A stretch of DNA of 64,000 nucleotides from an uncultured Gammaproteobacteria bacterium (GCA_964372415.1 CAYJQH010000003.1:24923-88922), one strand, 5' to 3'. Shown: positions 48,477-58,936, numbered from the stretch's first letter. The notes: generated by a model from the sequence alone, not told the origin. A program made the numbers and translations.

Positions 48477-49613
48477 GTGAAGCTCTCTTGCACCAAAGAG
48501 AACCTTAATCAAGGTCTCTCCGTTGTGAGTCACGTAAGCGCCAAAAACGCCAACCTACCTATTTTGAATAATGTATTACTTAGAGCCGATGTTGGTGGAC
48601 TAAAACTCACAGCGACAAATCTAGATATTACTGTGACCTGTCAGGTTAGGGGAAAGATCGACCAACCCGGAGAATACTCCGTACCCTCCAGGCTTCTTTC
48701 TGATTACGTAAGTTTGTTGCCTGACGAGCGAGTTGATCTAGATCTTCTAGATAACGCTCTAGCGGTCGTTTGCGCAAGTTCAAAAACAAAAATCAACGGA
48801 CTTCCAGCTGGTGAATTCCCTCTTGTTCCGCAGATTACCGGCGGAACAAAGTACGAAGTGCCGGTTGTGCACCTTGATGATGCACTGGGCCGTGTTTTAT
48901 TCGCGGTCGCGACGAGCGAGGCCCGTCAGGTGTTAACTGGAGTTCATCTAGCGTTCTCAGGCGAGAAAAAATCAGTCATTGTGGCGGCCACGGATAGTTA
49001 TCGTTTGGCTGAATCCCAAGTACCACTCGTCGGCGAGGTAGTTATGGGGGAGCGAAAAGTTATTGTGCCCTCACGAACTCTGTCTGAACTTCGTAGAATC
49101 ATTAGTGTTTTAAAAAATTCAGCTGAAATTCCAGAAAAAATTGAAATTGAAGTAGCCGAAAATCAAATTGCTTTCCGTTACGGTAACGCTGAAATCTCCT
49201 CACGCACTATTGATGGCGTTTATCCCGATTACCAACAGATCGTACCTAAAACGTCGAACACCGAGGTTGTAGTGCCACGCCAAGCCTTGGTACAGGCCAT
49301 CCGTCGAACCAGTTTGTTCTCCAAACAGGGACTTTTTGATGTTAAGCTTGAGCTTAAAGAAGGAGGTAAAGAAATTACTTTATTAGCCAACGATTTAGGC
49401 CGCGGTGAGAATACGGTGCTACTCGAAGCTGAAATTAAAGGCAAAGACAACGCGGTCATGCTTAATTATCGATATGTGCTCGACGGTTTAAACGCGATGA
49501 CGTCAGAACAGGTGGTTATAAAGCTTATCGACGGAGTAAATCCTTGTGTTATCGCCCCCAAAGAGAACGCTGAGCAAGGATACTTGTACATTGTGATGCC
49601 CATTCGGTCATAA
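48477..49613 (+). CDS. dnaN: DNA polymerase III beta sliding clamp
   Basis: GTG start. 378 aa. Three-domain clamp (MKLSCTKENLNQGLSVVSHV...). Confidence 0.9.
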   Translation: MKLSCTKENLNQGLSVVSHVSAKNANLPILNNVLLRADVGGLKLTATNLDITVTCQVRGKIDQPGEYSVPSRLLSDYVSLLPDERVDLDLLDNALAVVCASSKTKINGLPAGEFPLVPQITGGTKYEVPVVHLDDALGRVLFAVATSEARQVLTGVHLAFSGEKKSVIVAATDSYRLAESQVPLVGEVVMGERKVIVPSRTLSELRRIISVLKNSAEIPEKIEIEVAENQIAFRYGNAEISSRTIDGVYPDYQQIVPKTSNTEVVVPRQALVQAIRRTSLFSKQGLFDVKLELKEGGKEITLLANDLGRGENTVLLEAEIKGKDNAVMLNYRYVLDGLNAMTSEQVVIKLIDGVNPCVIAPKENAEQGYLYIVMPIRS

Positions 49614-49696
49614 ACCAAGAGCTAAGACTCTAGTGGCTTAGGACACAGTCCTGATTTCTTCTAGAACGTCTAGAGTTTTGAATCTTGTGTATTGTT

Positions 49697-52579
49697 TTAG
49701 TTAAGAACTGGAATTCCACCCCCAGGCGGAGGGTCCTTAACAATTATAGTTATTGGTGCACCCTCGATACTTGAACCTTCTTTCGTTGTTCCGATTGGAG
49801 TCAGAGTGTACTGCGCTACTTCAGGCAACGACCAGATGAAGGTACTAACAGCGCTTGGCTGTGTTGTTTCACCTACAATTGAACTTGCGCCAGTCCAAAG
49901 GTTTTTGGCAATGATACTCATAGCGGCAAACGAGCCAGCATTTGGAATTTCAACAACCACGGTGTAAGCAGGCGAAGTTTTTTCTATCGTTTGGTTGTTG
50001 AAGGGGTTGGTGATACGGAAATCAGCGTTATTACCCGGTTCCGTAACCTGAATTTTTACACTGTCGGTATTGCTATTATCAACATCGTCATAGACGGTAG
50101 CCGAAAGCGTGTGATCACCGACTCCGACCCACGAAGGTAGCACGATGTTTGCGCTTTTAATTGAGCCTGAGATGGCAATTGACGTGCCGTCAATGAAGTA
50201 TTCAACGCGACTGAAGCTTCGTTCAACATCGATCTCTACTTCAACTGTAAAACTTCGCCCTACGTTTTCATTGGTCGCTGGTTTTTCGATATTAATATCA
50301 GGTTCATTTCGTTTTACGTGAACATCATCTTCTTCGGTTGGGGGGGTGCAGGTTACATAAGGTACCTCGCCTTCCTTAAGGTTGGCGTTGTGGTTGGTAA
50401 TGAAATTCTGTACCCCAGTTTCCCAGGCGGTGTAGTGCGGATCGCTGGCCGGATTTGAGGGTGTTGGGCCAAGTGGGTTGGCGCGGTCAACATAATGAAG
50501 AATGTTGTGGTACTCGCCGCATTGAATAGTCTGCTTATAACGCTCTGGTGTACGCTCGGTGGCAAGTTTGCCACTCGCTGTGTCGATGGTTAGGGTGGTG
50601 GCCGGTAGAAGGCCGTCAATAACTGCTTTACCAGTGCTTTTAATCTGCGCTGAGGGGAAGTTTTCAATCGCCGTACCTTTAAGCGAACGACTCATGTATT
50701 CGTTCCAGATGGGGGCCGCAATTTTTGAGCCATCAGCGCCGCGATTCATGGCGGTGCCGTCGTGATTACCCACCCAAACCCCAGCCACGAGCGATGGCGT
50801 GTAGCCCATTGTCCAAGCATCTTTGTAGCTATTCGTGGTGCCGGTTTTGGCTGCTACGGGACGTGAACCCAAGGTTAAATAGTTGTTATTACCAAAAACA
50901 TAGGCGCGGGCGCCGTTGTCCGAGAGCACGTTAGACACCGTAGCGGCCAAGTTGGTGTCTATGGCCTGATTGCCCTTATGTTCTTCTTCTTTCCATTCCT
51001 CAAGAATATCGCCGCCCGATTTTTCAACTTTGAGGATCGCTATTGGTTCACGATAAACGCCACCCGAGGCAAAAACTCCGTAGGCCGCGGTGTGGTCAAG
51101 GAGTTCTACTTCAGCTCCGCCAAGAACCATAGAAAGTCCGACTTGCGAGGGGTCATTAAGAGTTGAGTAGCCGAGTCTTTGGGCAAACTTCAGGGCAGGT
51201 TCAATACCCACAAGATAGAGGGTTTTAACTGCCGGAATGTTGAGCGATCCCTGAAGAGCTTTACGTATACTAACAACCCCATGTTCCTGAAGATCGTAGT
51301 TATTTGGGGTGTAAGGGCCTGTGGCTGTGGGGAAAGTGGTCAACGTATCCCAAAGCAAAGTGTTAGGAGTGTAGCCGCGCTCAAAAGCTGCCGCGTAAAC
51401 AATCGGCTTAATACTTGAGCCCGGTTGGAGCGGCCGCAGAGTAACGTTAACTTGGCCTGCAATCTCGTCATTCCAGTAATCGGGTGAGCCGACCATGGCC
51501 AGAATTTGTCCAGTTTTAGGATCGATTGACACAAGGCCAGCATCATCAAACGCGTAGCTTTCGCTATAAGCCGTTACCCCATTAGTTATTGCCTCTTCGG
51601 CAATTTTTTGTTGGTCATAATCAAGGGTAGTTATGACGCGCAGACCACCGGTTTCTACCAGGCGCGGGTCATACTTTTCTTCGAGGAGCTCCTTAACCCA
51701 CAGGACAAAATGGGGCGCTTCAATATTGTTTATTGAAACGTCGAGGGTGGTGTCTTCGGTTTTTGCCACTTCGACCTCGGACTGTGTCGCGTAACCTTCT
51801 TCGATCATGCCGTCCAGAATCCAATCCCGGCGTTCCTTGAGAAGATCTGGATTGTTGATGAGCGTTGTTGGCCGGTTAGGAATTGCCGCGAGAGTTGCGG
51901 CCTCGGCGAGCGTGACGTCACGCACTGATTTATCAAAATAAGCCTGGGCCGCCGCCTCAACACCATAGTTGGTGCCGCCATAAGGAATTTCGTTCAAGTA
52001 AAGCTGAAGAATTTCGTCTTTTTCAAATTTTTTCTCTAGGGCTACAGCTATCATTATTTCCTTAACCTTACGAGCAATTGTTTGCTCGTCAGTTAGAATT
52101 GCTTTTTTTACTAACTGTTGGGTGATGGTCGAGGCGCCTTGGCCAGTTGGATCAAGATGAATTACGTTTGAGAGGAGAGCGCGCAAAATACCTTTGATAC
52201 TTATGCCGCTATGCTCATAGAATGAACGATCTTCGGCGGTGATAGCTGCTTTTTCAACTGCGTTAGGAATTTCTTCAATGGTTACCAGTGTGCGCTTTTG
52301 TTCAGGGGCGATTTCGTAAAGCAGGTGCTCGCCAGAGCGATCGTAAATTTTGGTTGATTGGGATACCTCACGGGCCAAAATTTCGTCAGGGTCTGGCAGG
52401 CTTTGTGAATACCAAGCAAAAAGTCCAAGAAGCACAATGGCACCAAGTAGTGTGGCCGCGAGGACGGCTAAAATAATGTTTTTTAGCAACCCGGTTTTTT
52501 TGAGCTTAAGAAACAAGGCGTGAAAATCAGGGAGTTTAAACGTAAAGCGCGAAAAACGCCCCTGGGAATAACGATGCAT
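49697..52579 (-). CDS. Class A penicillin-binding protein (PBP1A-type) with extra C-terminal domain
   Basis: N-terminal TM. GT51 motifs (EDRSFYEHSGISIKG; ..TITQQLVK..). Transpeptidase SxxK (SSIKP), SLN, KTGT. About 250-aa Thr/Val-rich C-terminal beta domain. Confidence 0.85.
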   Translation of the reverse strand: MHRYSQGRFSRFTFKLPDFHALFLKLKKTGLLKNIILAVLAATLLGAIVLLGLFAWYSQSLPDPDEILAREVSQSTKIYDRSGEHLLYEIAPEQKRTLVTIEEIPNAVEKAAITAEDRSFYEHSGISIKGILRALLSNVIHLDPTGQGASTITQQLVKKAILTDEQTIARKVKEIMIAVALEKKFEKDEILQLYLNEIPYGGTNYGVEAAAQAYFDKSVRDVTLAEAATLAAIPNRPTTLINNPDLLKERRDWILDGMIEEGYATQSEVEVAKTEDTTLDVSINNIEAPHFVLWVKELLEEKYDPRLVETGGLRVITTLDYDQQKIAEEAITNGVTAYSESYAFDDAGLVSIDPKTGQILAMVGSPDYWNDEIAGQVNVTLRPLQPGSSIKPIVYAAAFERGYTPNTLLWDTLTTFPTATGPYTPNNYDLQEHGVVSIRKALQGSLNIPAVKTLYLVGIEPALKFAQRLGYSTLNDPSQVGLSMVLGGAEVELLDHTAAYGVFASGGVYREPIAILKVEKSGGDILEEWKEEEHKGNQAIDTNLAATVSNVLSDNGARAYVFGNNNYLTLGSRPVAAKTGTTNSYKDAWTMGYTPSLVAGVWVGNHDGTAMNRGADGSKIAAPIWNEYMSRSLKGTAIENFPSAQIKSTGKAVIDGLLPATTLTIDTASGKLATERTPERYKQTIQCGEYHNILHYVDRANPLGPTPSNPASDPHYTAWETGVQNFITNHNANLKEGEVPYVTCTPPTEEDDVHVKRNEPDINIEKPATNENVGRSFTVEVEIDVERSFSRVEYFIDGTSIAISGSIKSANIVLPSWVGVGDHTLSATVYDDVDNSNTDSVKIQVTEPGNNADFRITNPFNNQTIEKTSPAYTVVVEIPNAGSFAAMSIIAKNLWTGASSIVGETTQPSAVSTFIWSLPEVAQYTLTPIGTTKEGSSIEGAPITIIVKDPPPGGGIPVLN

Positions 52580-52675
52580 ACTTGGCCTATGATACGGTAT
52601 TTATAGATTGACGAAAAGGGCTATGAATGCTATGCTGTTGGCCATAAATTCCAGGAGGAAACTCCTGGTTTTTGT

Positions 52676-53203
52676 ATGCCAACCCTCTTTATTCGGTTCA
52701 AAAACTTTATTCTCAAGTCACCGCTTGATAGTGCTATTTTAGCCACTTTTTTAGTGGCGATTTTTTACGTCCTCGTGCCTTTCGGGCAGGCAGCGGATGC
52801 TGAGTCGCAGACAAGTGAAGACCGAGCCGTAAAGCTTACGGTTGAGGCGATGCTCAATAATTCAGAGCCATATGGTCAGCTACCAATCGCGGGGATGCGC
52901 GAGCCGTATTCGGTTATGACTGTAACCGCCTCGGCTTACAACAGTGTGCCGTGGCAGACTGACTCAACGCCATTTATTACCGCTTCTGGAACTACGGTGC
53001 GCCATGGTGTTATCGCCGCTAACTTTTTGCCCATCGGTACCAGGTTGATGATCCCAGATATTTATGGCGATCAAATTTTTGTTGTTGAGGATCGTATGAA
53101 CAAACGCTACACCCGAAACATTGATGTTTGGATGGAGGAGATTCCTGAGGCCAAGAGCTTCGGTCGCAGGTCCGTAAAGATTTACATCTTCCCTAACGAG
53201 TAA
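52676..53203 (+). CDS. 3D-domain (MltA/YuiC-like) cell-wall protein
   Basis: Signal/TM N-terminus. 3D-domain acidic signature (TASAY..., VIAANFLPIGTRLMIPDIYG...VVEDRMNKRYTRNIDVWM). Confidence 0.6.
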   Translation: MPTLFIRFKNFILKSPLDSAILATFLVAIFYVLVPFGQAADAESQTSEDRAVKLTVEAMLNNSEPYGQLPIAGMREPYSVMTVTASAYNSVPWQTDSTPFITASGTTVRHGVIAANFLPIGTRLMIPDIYGDQIFVVEDRMNKRYTRNIDVWMEEIPEAKSFGRRSVKIYIFPNE

Positions 53204-53241
53204 AGAAGTGCTAACCTCCCAAGGCAGCACTTCTTTATTTT

Positions 53242-53832
53242 ATGAAAAAACTTTTTTTGGGCCTCGGTGCCACGCTTCTTCTCGGGGCGGGATGTTTGTC
53301 GAATATTGGTTTGGGCAGCAAGGATGTTGAAGGTTCCTGGTACTTAGCCTTTAATCTTCCGGAGGGCTGGATCATGGTTGAGCCATACAATAGTGGCGAC
53401 ATTACTGATCCTGGCTTTAAGCTCAATCAAGAGGTTACGCAGTCAATGAATGCCATTATTTTGCAGGGCACAAATAAGGCGATCTATGGTTCTACAGGTG
53501 CCTTGGGCGACGGTATCTCGGAGCTTATTGATGCCGGTAAAGTTGAAGTCAACGGACCAATTATTGAAATCACACTTCTTGACGAGCGGCGAGTAATCCC
53601 AAGTGAGGCCGAAGACATAGGCGACGGTTTTTCTCGGGTTAAACTGTGCGAAGACGGCGATGAATGCCAAATTGGTGGTCAGTTGAATTACGATTACTAT
53701 CTTGAAACCGCCAAGGCCAAATACAAATTCGATGTGAGCGGTCTTAAACGAAGTGAGGCAGAAGATATTATAACTTCAGCTAAAGAAGTGACCACTTACA
53801 CCGGTCCGCAGGCTGAAATAGAAGTTGAGTAA
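53242..53832 (+). CDS. Hypothetical lipoprotein
   Basis: Lipobox LLGAGC. Acidic mature protein. No motif. Confidence 0.45.
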   Translation: MKKLFLGLGATLLLGAGCLSNIGLGSKDVEGSWYLAFNLPEGWIMVEPYNSGDITDPGFKLNQEVTQSMNAIILQGTNKAIYGSTGALGDGISELIDAGKVEVNGPIIEITLLDERRVIPSEAEDIGDGFSRVKLCEDGDECQIGGQLNYDYYLETAKAKYKFDVSGLKRSEAEDIITSAKEVTTYTGPQAEIEVE

Positions 53833-53843
53833 GAAGTAAAAAA

Positions 53844-53872
53844 ATCGGGCCTTGAGCCCGGTTTTGTTTACA
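53844..53872. terminator. Intrinsic terminator after the lipoprotein gene
   Basis: aaaaaatCGGGCCttgaGCCCGGttttgttt. Confidence 0.65.
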
Positions 53873-53998
53873 CAAAAACCTCAGTATTCGTGACGAGTTT
53901 GGGCGAACGGGTGAATTTCTCCAAGGCGACCTATGAAGGTCGGTGAGGAGAAATTCGGGTCCCGTAAGACCAAAATCGGCCGAATAATGAGGTTTTCA

Positions 53999-54075
53999 TG
54001 GAGGCCACGACCAGGATTGAACTGGTGTATAGCGGTTTTGCAGACCGCCGCGTTAACCAACTTCGCCACGTGGCC
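53999..54075 (-). tRNA. tRNA-Cys (anticodon GCA)
   Basis: 77-nt cloverleaf on the minus strand. Anticodon arm GCGGT-CTGCAAA-ACCGC. T-arm ACCAG-TTCAATC-CTGGT. U73 discriminator. Encoded CCA. Confidence 0.8.
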
Positions 54076-54117
54076 ACGATGAGCGCAGGTTAGCAAGAAA
54101 AAACTATGCCATCAAGC

Positions 54118-54540
54118 TTACCCCTCAAGTAAAATCCTCACTATGTGCCCTACCTCCATGGAGGCTAGGTTTTTAGGAATAACCTCGTCAATCTTTTTTG
54201 CTAAATCAGAGTGCAGGTGTTCGATGAATATATTTTTGTTGACTTCTGGCACGCAAACGATAACGGTTTCAAACCGGTCGCTTTTTAAAAGCTCTTGTAA
54301 TCGTTCCTCTAGCTTGTGATACAGCTCAATTAAGCGATGGTCTTTCATGTTATCAAAACTGGGCTGACCGACAGCTCTCGCAGAGGTAACACGTTCTCGC
54401 TTGCTGTTGGCAGGTGTAGTAATCTCATCGATTTCTTCTACTTCGCGCTCGATTGCCGAGAGCAGGCGAGCACTTTCGTTGTTAGTGACGGCAATGAGCG
54501 TCTTTTTGGCGAATGGGCGATAGTGATCGGATATTCGCAT
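54118..54540 (-). CDS. Hypothetical protein (140 aa), possibly host-attachment / eRF1-like fold
   Basis: ORF only. Weak resemblance of the N-terminus (KTLIAVTNNESARLL) to the host-attachment-protein family. Confidence 0.4.
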   Translation of the reverse strand: MRISDHYRPFAKKTLIAVTNNESARLLSAIEREVEEIDEITTPANSKRERVTSARAVGQPSFDNMKDHRLIELYHKLEERLQELLKSDRFETVIVCVPEVNKNIFIEHLHSDLAKKIDEVIPKNLASMEVGHIVRILLEG

Positions 54541-54655
54541 ACGCCGAACATTGTACCCCGCGTGCTACAATTTGCCTATTGTGGCTTTCGCATTTAGTCC
54601 ATTTTGGTTTCACGGCACTGGTCACAAATGCGAAACCCTCATATAATTTTGTCCT

Positions 54656-55348
54656 ATGCGAGGAGGCAAGCTCCGTGATTTACTCACGGGGAATATTCGA
54701 GAAATCGTTTTTGGTTTTGAGGACAGTTTAGTTTCAACTTTAGGCGCGGCGAGCGGCATTGCTGTCGGGAGCGGCGACACTTTTACAGTTCTTCTTGCAG
54801 GTACAGTGCTCGTGGCGGTTGAAGCGGTTTCAATGGCCGCGGGGAGCTATCTGTCGTCAAAATCAAGTAGCGAACTTTATGAGGAAAGAGCCCGTCAGGA
54901 CGCAACTCGTATTCTTCATGCCCGGGTATCAGACGAAGAAACCTTAAAAGCTTTTTTTGCTCGAAAAAAATTCACCAAAGACGAAACTCAAGCCGCTCTT
55001 CAGGCCATCGCTCGGGAACGCAAGCTTTGGCTTACTGAGGTTCGTCGCCAGGAATATCGTTTTGCGCCAGCTGTAAGCGCATACCCGGCCATGTCAGGGT
55101 TGGTTATGGGTGTTGCTTATGTAGCCGGGGGGTCGCTTGTCATGCTGCCGTACATTTTGTTGCCTCTCAATCAGGCCCTTCCCGTGGCCGGTACTCTCGC
55201 GATCATGACTCTCTTTGGACTTGGTATTTGGAAGGCCAATCTTACGGGCAGTTCGCGCCTCCGGAGCGGTACCGAAATGGTCGTGGTGTCACTTGTCGCC
55301 GCTCTTCTTGGTATCATTATCGGACGTTATGTTTCTACATCGCTTTAA
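54656..55348 (+). CDS. VIT1/CCC1-family membrane protein (putative iron/manganese transporter)
   Basis: EIVFGFEDSLVSTLGAASG signature. Cytoplasmic helical insert. Three C-terminal TM helices. Confidence 0.65.
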   Translation: MRGGKLRDLLTGNIREIVFGFEDSLVSTLGAASGIAVGSGDTFTVLLAGTVLVAVEAVSMAAGSYLSSKSSSELYEERARQDATRILHARVSDEETLKAFFARKKFTKDETQAALQAIARERKLWLTEVRRQEYRFAPAVSAYPAMSGLVMGVAYVAGGSLVMLPYILLPLNQALPVAGTLAIMTLFGLGIWKANLTGSSRLRSGTEMVVVSLVAALLGIIIGRYVSTSL

Positions 55349-56327
55349 AAGTAAACAAGCTCCGGATTTTCCCAAGAATCTTGACTGGCTTAATAGTGAG
55401 CCTATTAATTTAAAAGCGCTTCGCGGCAAGAAAGCAGTGCTCATTGATTTTTGGACCTATTCTTGTGTTAATTGCCAACGAACTTTTCCGCAACTTTTGC
55501 GGTGGCATAAGATTTATGCCGCTAAAGGACTCGTGATAATTGGTGTTCACACTCCTGAATTTGCCTTCGAAAAAAAACTGACTAACGTCGAGCTCGCTCT
55601 TAAAGAGAACGGAATTACTTATCCTATAGTCCTCGACCCTGACTATAAGATTTGGCATTTATATAATAATCAATACTGGCCGCACCATTATTTAATAAAC
55701 CGGCAAGGTAATATAGTTTATGATCACGCGGGAGAAGGGGGGTATGCGGAAACGGAAGTTGAAATTCAAAAAGCACTCAAAGAATTGGGGGCGGAAGATC
55801 TCCCGGCTATTGGCCCGGATAACTCACTCGGAGGTAAGGTTTGTTATCGTACCTCGCCCGAGCTTTACCTTGGGTTCCTTCGTGGCAAATTAGGCAATCG
55901 CAAAGAATTTTTGCCGGACACCGAGGAATCTTTTGAAGATAGTCAGCACCACGAAGATGATTTGCCGTATTTACACGGCCACTTTAAAGTGGCGGCCGAA
56001 TTTATTGAGCACACAAGAAAGCTCTCGGCGCCAACCGAATACTTGGTGTTAAAATATTCAGCTTTCAGTGTTAATTTAGTTATGGCTACCTCGGACGATC
56101 GGTCAGCCGTTCTCGAAGTCGAGCTTGATGGTTTGCCGCTTCCGAAGGACCTAGCCGGGGACGATGTACGAATTGGCAAAGACGGCAAAGCTACGATAAC
56201 CGTCAAAGAATCCAGAATGTATCAAATAGTGAACGCCAAAGTTTATCATCGCGGAACCTTGAAACTAAAAACTGCCTCGGGCAACCTACGAATGTATGCG
56301 TTTACCTTTGGTGGCTGCGAGGAATAG
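55329..56327 (+). CDS. Thioredoxin-fold redoxin (TlpA/ResA-like, CVNC active site) with uncharacterised ~180-aa C-terminal domain
   Basis: LIDFWTYSCVNCQRTFP...GVHTPEF. Confidence 0.55.
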   Translation: MFLHRFKSKQAPDFPKNLDWLNSEPINLKALRGKKAVLIDFWTYSCVNCQRTFPQLLRWHKIYAAKGLVIIGVHTPEFAFEKKLTNVELALKENGITYPIVLDPDYKIWHLYNNQYWPHHYLINRQGNIVYDHAGEGGYAETEVEIQKALKELGAEDLPAIGPDNSLGGKVCYRTSPELYLGFLRGKLGNRKEFLPDTEESFEDSQHHEDDLPYLHGHFKVAAEFIEHTRKLSAPTEYLVLKYSAFSVNLVMATSDDRSAVLEVELDGLPLPKDLAGDDVRIGKDGKATITVKESRMYQIVNAKVYHRGTLKLKTASGNLRMYAFTFGGCEE

Positions 56328-57474
56328 AACAAAATACTACCTAGACTCGGCGTCCGCAACCCCGGTTGCGGCTAAGGTATTCCAAAAAATGGAACCTTAT
56401 TTTTCATTGCATTTTGCTAATCCTTCAAGTATTCACCGGCTAGGACTCGTCGCTCGTGAGGCTGTAAATGAGGCACGCAGGCAAGTGGCCAGGCTAATTG
56501 CGGCCCGACCCGATGAGATTGTTTTTACAAGTGGCGCCACGGAATCAGTAAATTTGGCCCTAGTTGGGGCCGCTCGAGCCCTGAAAGGGCAGGGGAACCA
56601 CATTGTGACCGTTGCCACGGAACACGCGGCTACCCTCGAAGTCTTGAAACGTGAAGGTTTTACCGTGACTTTTGTGCCAGTCGGGCCAGAAGGCGAGATC
56701 AGAGCTGAGCAAGTGCTTTCTAGAGTTCGCGCGGATACTATTTTGGTTTCTGTCATGTACGTTAATAACGAGCTAGGGGTGGTGGCGCCACTTTCAGAAA
56801 TTGGCAAAGGCCTCGCGCGCCACCGCAAAGATCATCGAACTTTATTCCCCTTATTTCACAGTGATGCTACTCAGGCGGTTGGCTTGAGATCTGTTGATGT
56901 TGAAAAACTTCATCTCGATCTTATGAGTTTTGCCGCGAGTAAAATGTACGGCCCCAAGGGAGTGGGCGCTCTTTATGTACGTCGGGGAGTCAGACTCACG
57001 TCGTTAATTGTAGGCGGTAATCAGGAGCAGAGTTTGCGAGCTGGTACAGAAAATGTTTCGGGAATTGTAGGTTTTGGTGAGGCGGCTCGTTTAGCCTGGC
57101 GTCATCGAGCGCGTAACGCCGAACACTTGGGTCGAGTAAGATCGGCATTCCTTAAAACACTTAAAAAATTTGTGCCAAATATTCGCCTAAATGGTGAGGC
57201 TCCAGAAACCGTGCCGTCAATTATTAACCTGAGTTTTCCCGGACTCGACGGCGAGGAATTACTACTTCGTTTAGATGCGCGTGGTGTCTGCGCCTCAGCC
57301 GCTTCGGCTTGTAAAACATCGGATCATCCAAGTCATGTGCTAAGAGCGATCGGTCGCACGGAAGATGAGGTCAAGGGAAGTTTGCGTTTTTCATTTTTAA
57401 CCACCATGTCAGTACCTCAGGCTAAGCGTGCCGCTAAAATTGTTGGTCGTGTAGTTCGTGCCATGAAGGGTTGA
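56296..57474 (+). CDS. Cysteine desulfurase (class V aminotransferase, NifS/IscS-like)
   Basis: YLDSASATPV N-terminus. PLP-lysine region (SFAASKMYGPKGVGALYV). Active-site Cys loop (SAASACKTS). Confidence 0.8.
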   Translation: MRLPLVAARNRTKYYLDSASATPVAAKVFQKMEPYFSLHFANPSSIHRLGLVAREAVNEARRQVARLIAARPDEIVFTSGATESVNLALVGAARALKGQGNHIVTVATEHAATLEVLKREGFTVTFVPVGPEGEIRAEQVLSRVRADTILVSVMYVNNELGVVAPLSEIGKGLARHRKDHRTLFPLFHSDATQAVGLRSVDVEKLHLDLMSFAASKMYGPKGVGALYVRRGVRLTSLIVGGNQEQSLRAGTENVSGIVGFGEAARLAWRHRARNAEHLGRVRSAFLKTLKKFVPNIRLNGEAPETVPSIINLSFPGLDGEELLLRLDARGVCASAASACKTSDHPSHVLRAIGRTEDEVKGSLRFSFLTTMSVPQAKRAAKIVGRVVRAMKG

Positions 57475-57512
57475 AATTTGAAGGGTCAAGCGGCTATACT
57501 TTTCAGGCTATG

Positions 57513-57773
57513 AAAATTCGCATCGTGGTTGACCCGGATTTGTGCATTGGGGCGGCGAGTTGTGTGACGGTGGCGTCAGAGTCTTTTGTACTAAACGTAG
57601 AAAACAAGGCCGAGGTCTTAGATCACGGCGAGGCCGAGGGCGGACCAAGCTATGATCGAGTAGTAACTGTAACTGAAGCCGAAAAAGATCAGATAATAGA
57701 AGCCGCCAAGTCTTGCCCCACGCTTGCTATTAGTATTTTTGATGAGCAAGGGAATAAGCTTTACCCGCTATGA
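57513..57773 (+). CDS. Small ferredoxin-like protein (single Cys cluster)
   Basis: CIGAASC...and a distal CP. Translationally coupled to the downstream oxidoreductase gene (4-nt overlap). Confidence 0.5.
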   Translation, partial: KIRIVVDPDLCIGAASCVTVASESFVLNVENKAEVLDHGEAEGGPSYDRVVTVTEAEKDQIIEAAKSCPTLAISIFDEQGNKLYPL

Positions 57774-58936
57774 ATATTCTGATCCTCGGGGGAGGTATTG
57801 CTGGTACCACTGCGGCGGAAGAGGTTCGTAAGCGGCTTCCGGAGGCGAGCATCACAATCCTTGAGGGCGAAGAACATCGCTTGTACTCTAGAGTTCTTTT
57901 GCCACACTATCTGAAAGGCAAGGTAACTCGTGAAAGAGTTTTTTTACGAGCCGCTGAATGGTATCAAGCGCAGCGTATCGAGCTTTTGACTGGGGTCAGA
58001 GGCTTGCATATTGATGCTCTTAATTTTTTTGTAGCGGCAACTGATGGTCGCGAGCATCCTTATGACAGGTTGCTCATAGCCTCAGGTGGCGAGCCTAATT
58101 TATTTACCCAGGATTTGCGAGGCGTATCGTATTTGCACTCCCTCGATGACGCTGATCATCTTCTAGAATTAATTCGCGAATTACTAAGTAAACCAAAAGA
58201 AGAGCAGCGGGCCGTAGTTTATGGCGGAGGTTTTATGGCTTGCGAATATGCAAATATTTTTGCTCATTACAACATTTCAACCGCCATACTCATGCGTGAA
58301 ACCGGTTTTTGGTCAAAGATTCTAAGTTGGGAAAGTCAGGAGGTGCTCAGAGCGCACGCCGAAAAAGTTGGAGTAATGGTTGTCCCAAAGGTGGTACCGG
58401 AGCTGATTGGTAATAATGAGCTTACGGGTGTCGCTTTTGACGGTCGAGAAGTCAAGGCGGGAATTCTGGGGGTCGGCATTAGCTCAGCGCGTGATGAACT
58501 TTTGGCTGCAACAGCTGGTTTGAGTGCCGCGCACGGCATCGAAGTTCAGGAGGACTTATCTACCAAGGTTAAAGGCATCTGGGCGGCAGGGGATGTGGCG
58601 ATGGTCAATGACACGGTGGTTAAGCGACATGTACGTTACGGTAATTGGTTGAATGCTCAAGTACAGGGTCGAGTGGCTGGTCAAAATATGGCCGGCGACC
58701 CGGCTGCTTTTAGGTTGGTGTCCCAATACTCCACCAATTTACTTGGTTTGAATGTGGTATTCCTTGGCGATACCAACCGCCGGGCCGCACATGAGGTACG
58801 TTTGGCTCGCCTTGAGCCCGGAGCTAGCGAAGAACATTTTATTCGTGACGGCAGGTTAGTTGGCGTGGCGCTTATTGGCGAAGTAAGCAAACGTGGTACC
58901 CTAGTTTCTAGGATCGGCCATATCTATGAACCTTGA
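57770..58936 (+). CDS. FAD-dependent pyridine nucleotide-disulfide oxidoreductase (ferredoxin/rubredoxin reductase-like)
   Basis: Dinucleotide motifs ILILGGGIAGTTAAEE (FAD) and VVYGGGFMACEYA (NAD). Confidence 0.75.
   Translation: MNILILGGGIAGTTAAEEVRKRLPEASITILEGEEHRLYSRVLLPHYLKGKVTRERVFLRAAEWYQAQRIELLTGVRGLHIDALNFFVAATDGREHPYDRLLIASGGEPNLFTQDLRGVSYLHSLDDADHLLELIRELLSKPKEEQRAVVYGGGFMACEYANIFAHYNISTAILMRETGFWSKILSWESQEVLRAHAEKVGVMVVPKVVPELIGNNELTGVAFDGREVKAGILGVGISSARDELLAATAGLSAAHGIEVQEDLSTKVKGIWAAGDVAMVNDTVVKRHVRYGNWLNAQVQGRVAGQNMAGDPAAFRLVSQYSTNLLGLNVVFLGDTNRRAAHEVRLARLEPGASEEHFIRDGRLVGVALIGEVSKRGTLVSRIGHIYEP

Noticed and set aside
50335-50346. C7/G7 homopolymer inside the PBP1A gene and the G-rich run encoding G11 in the 19282-21777 gene as phase-variation tracts
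   Set aside because: Short (7 nt) and in an essential housekeeping gene. The Gly-coding run is interrupted by mixed codons. There is no evidence for contingency-locus behaviour.
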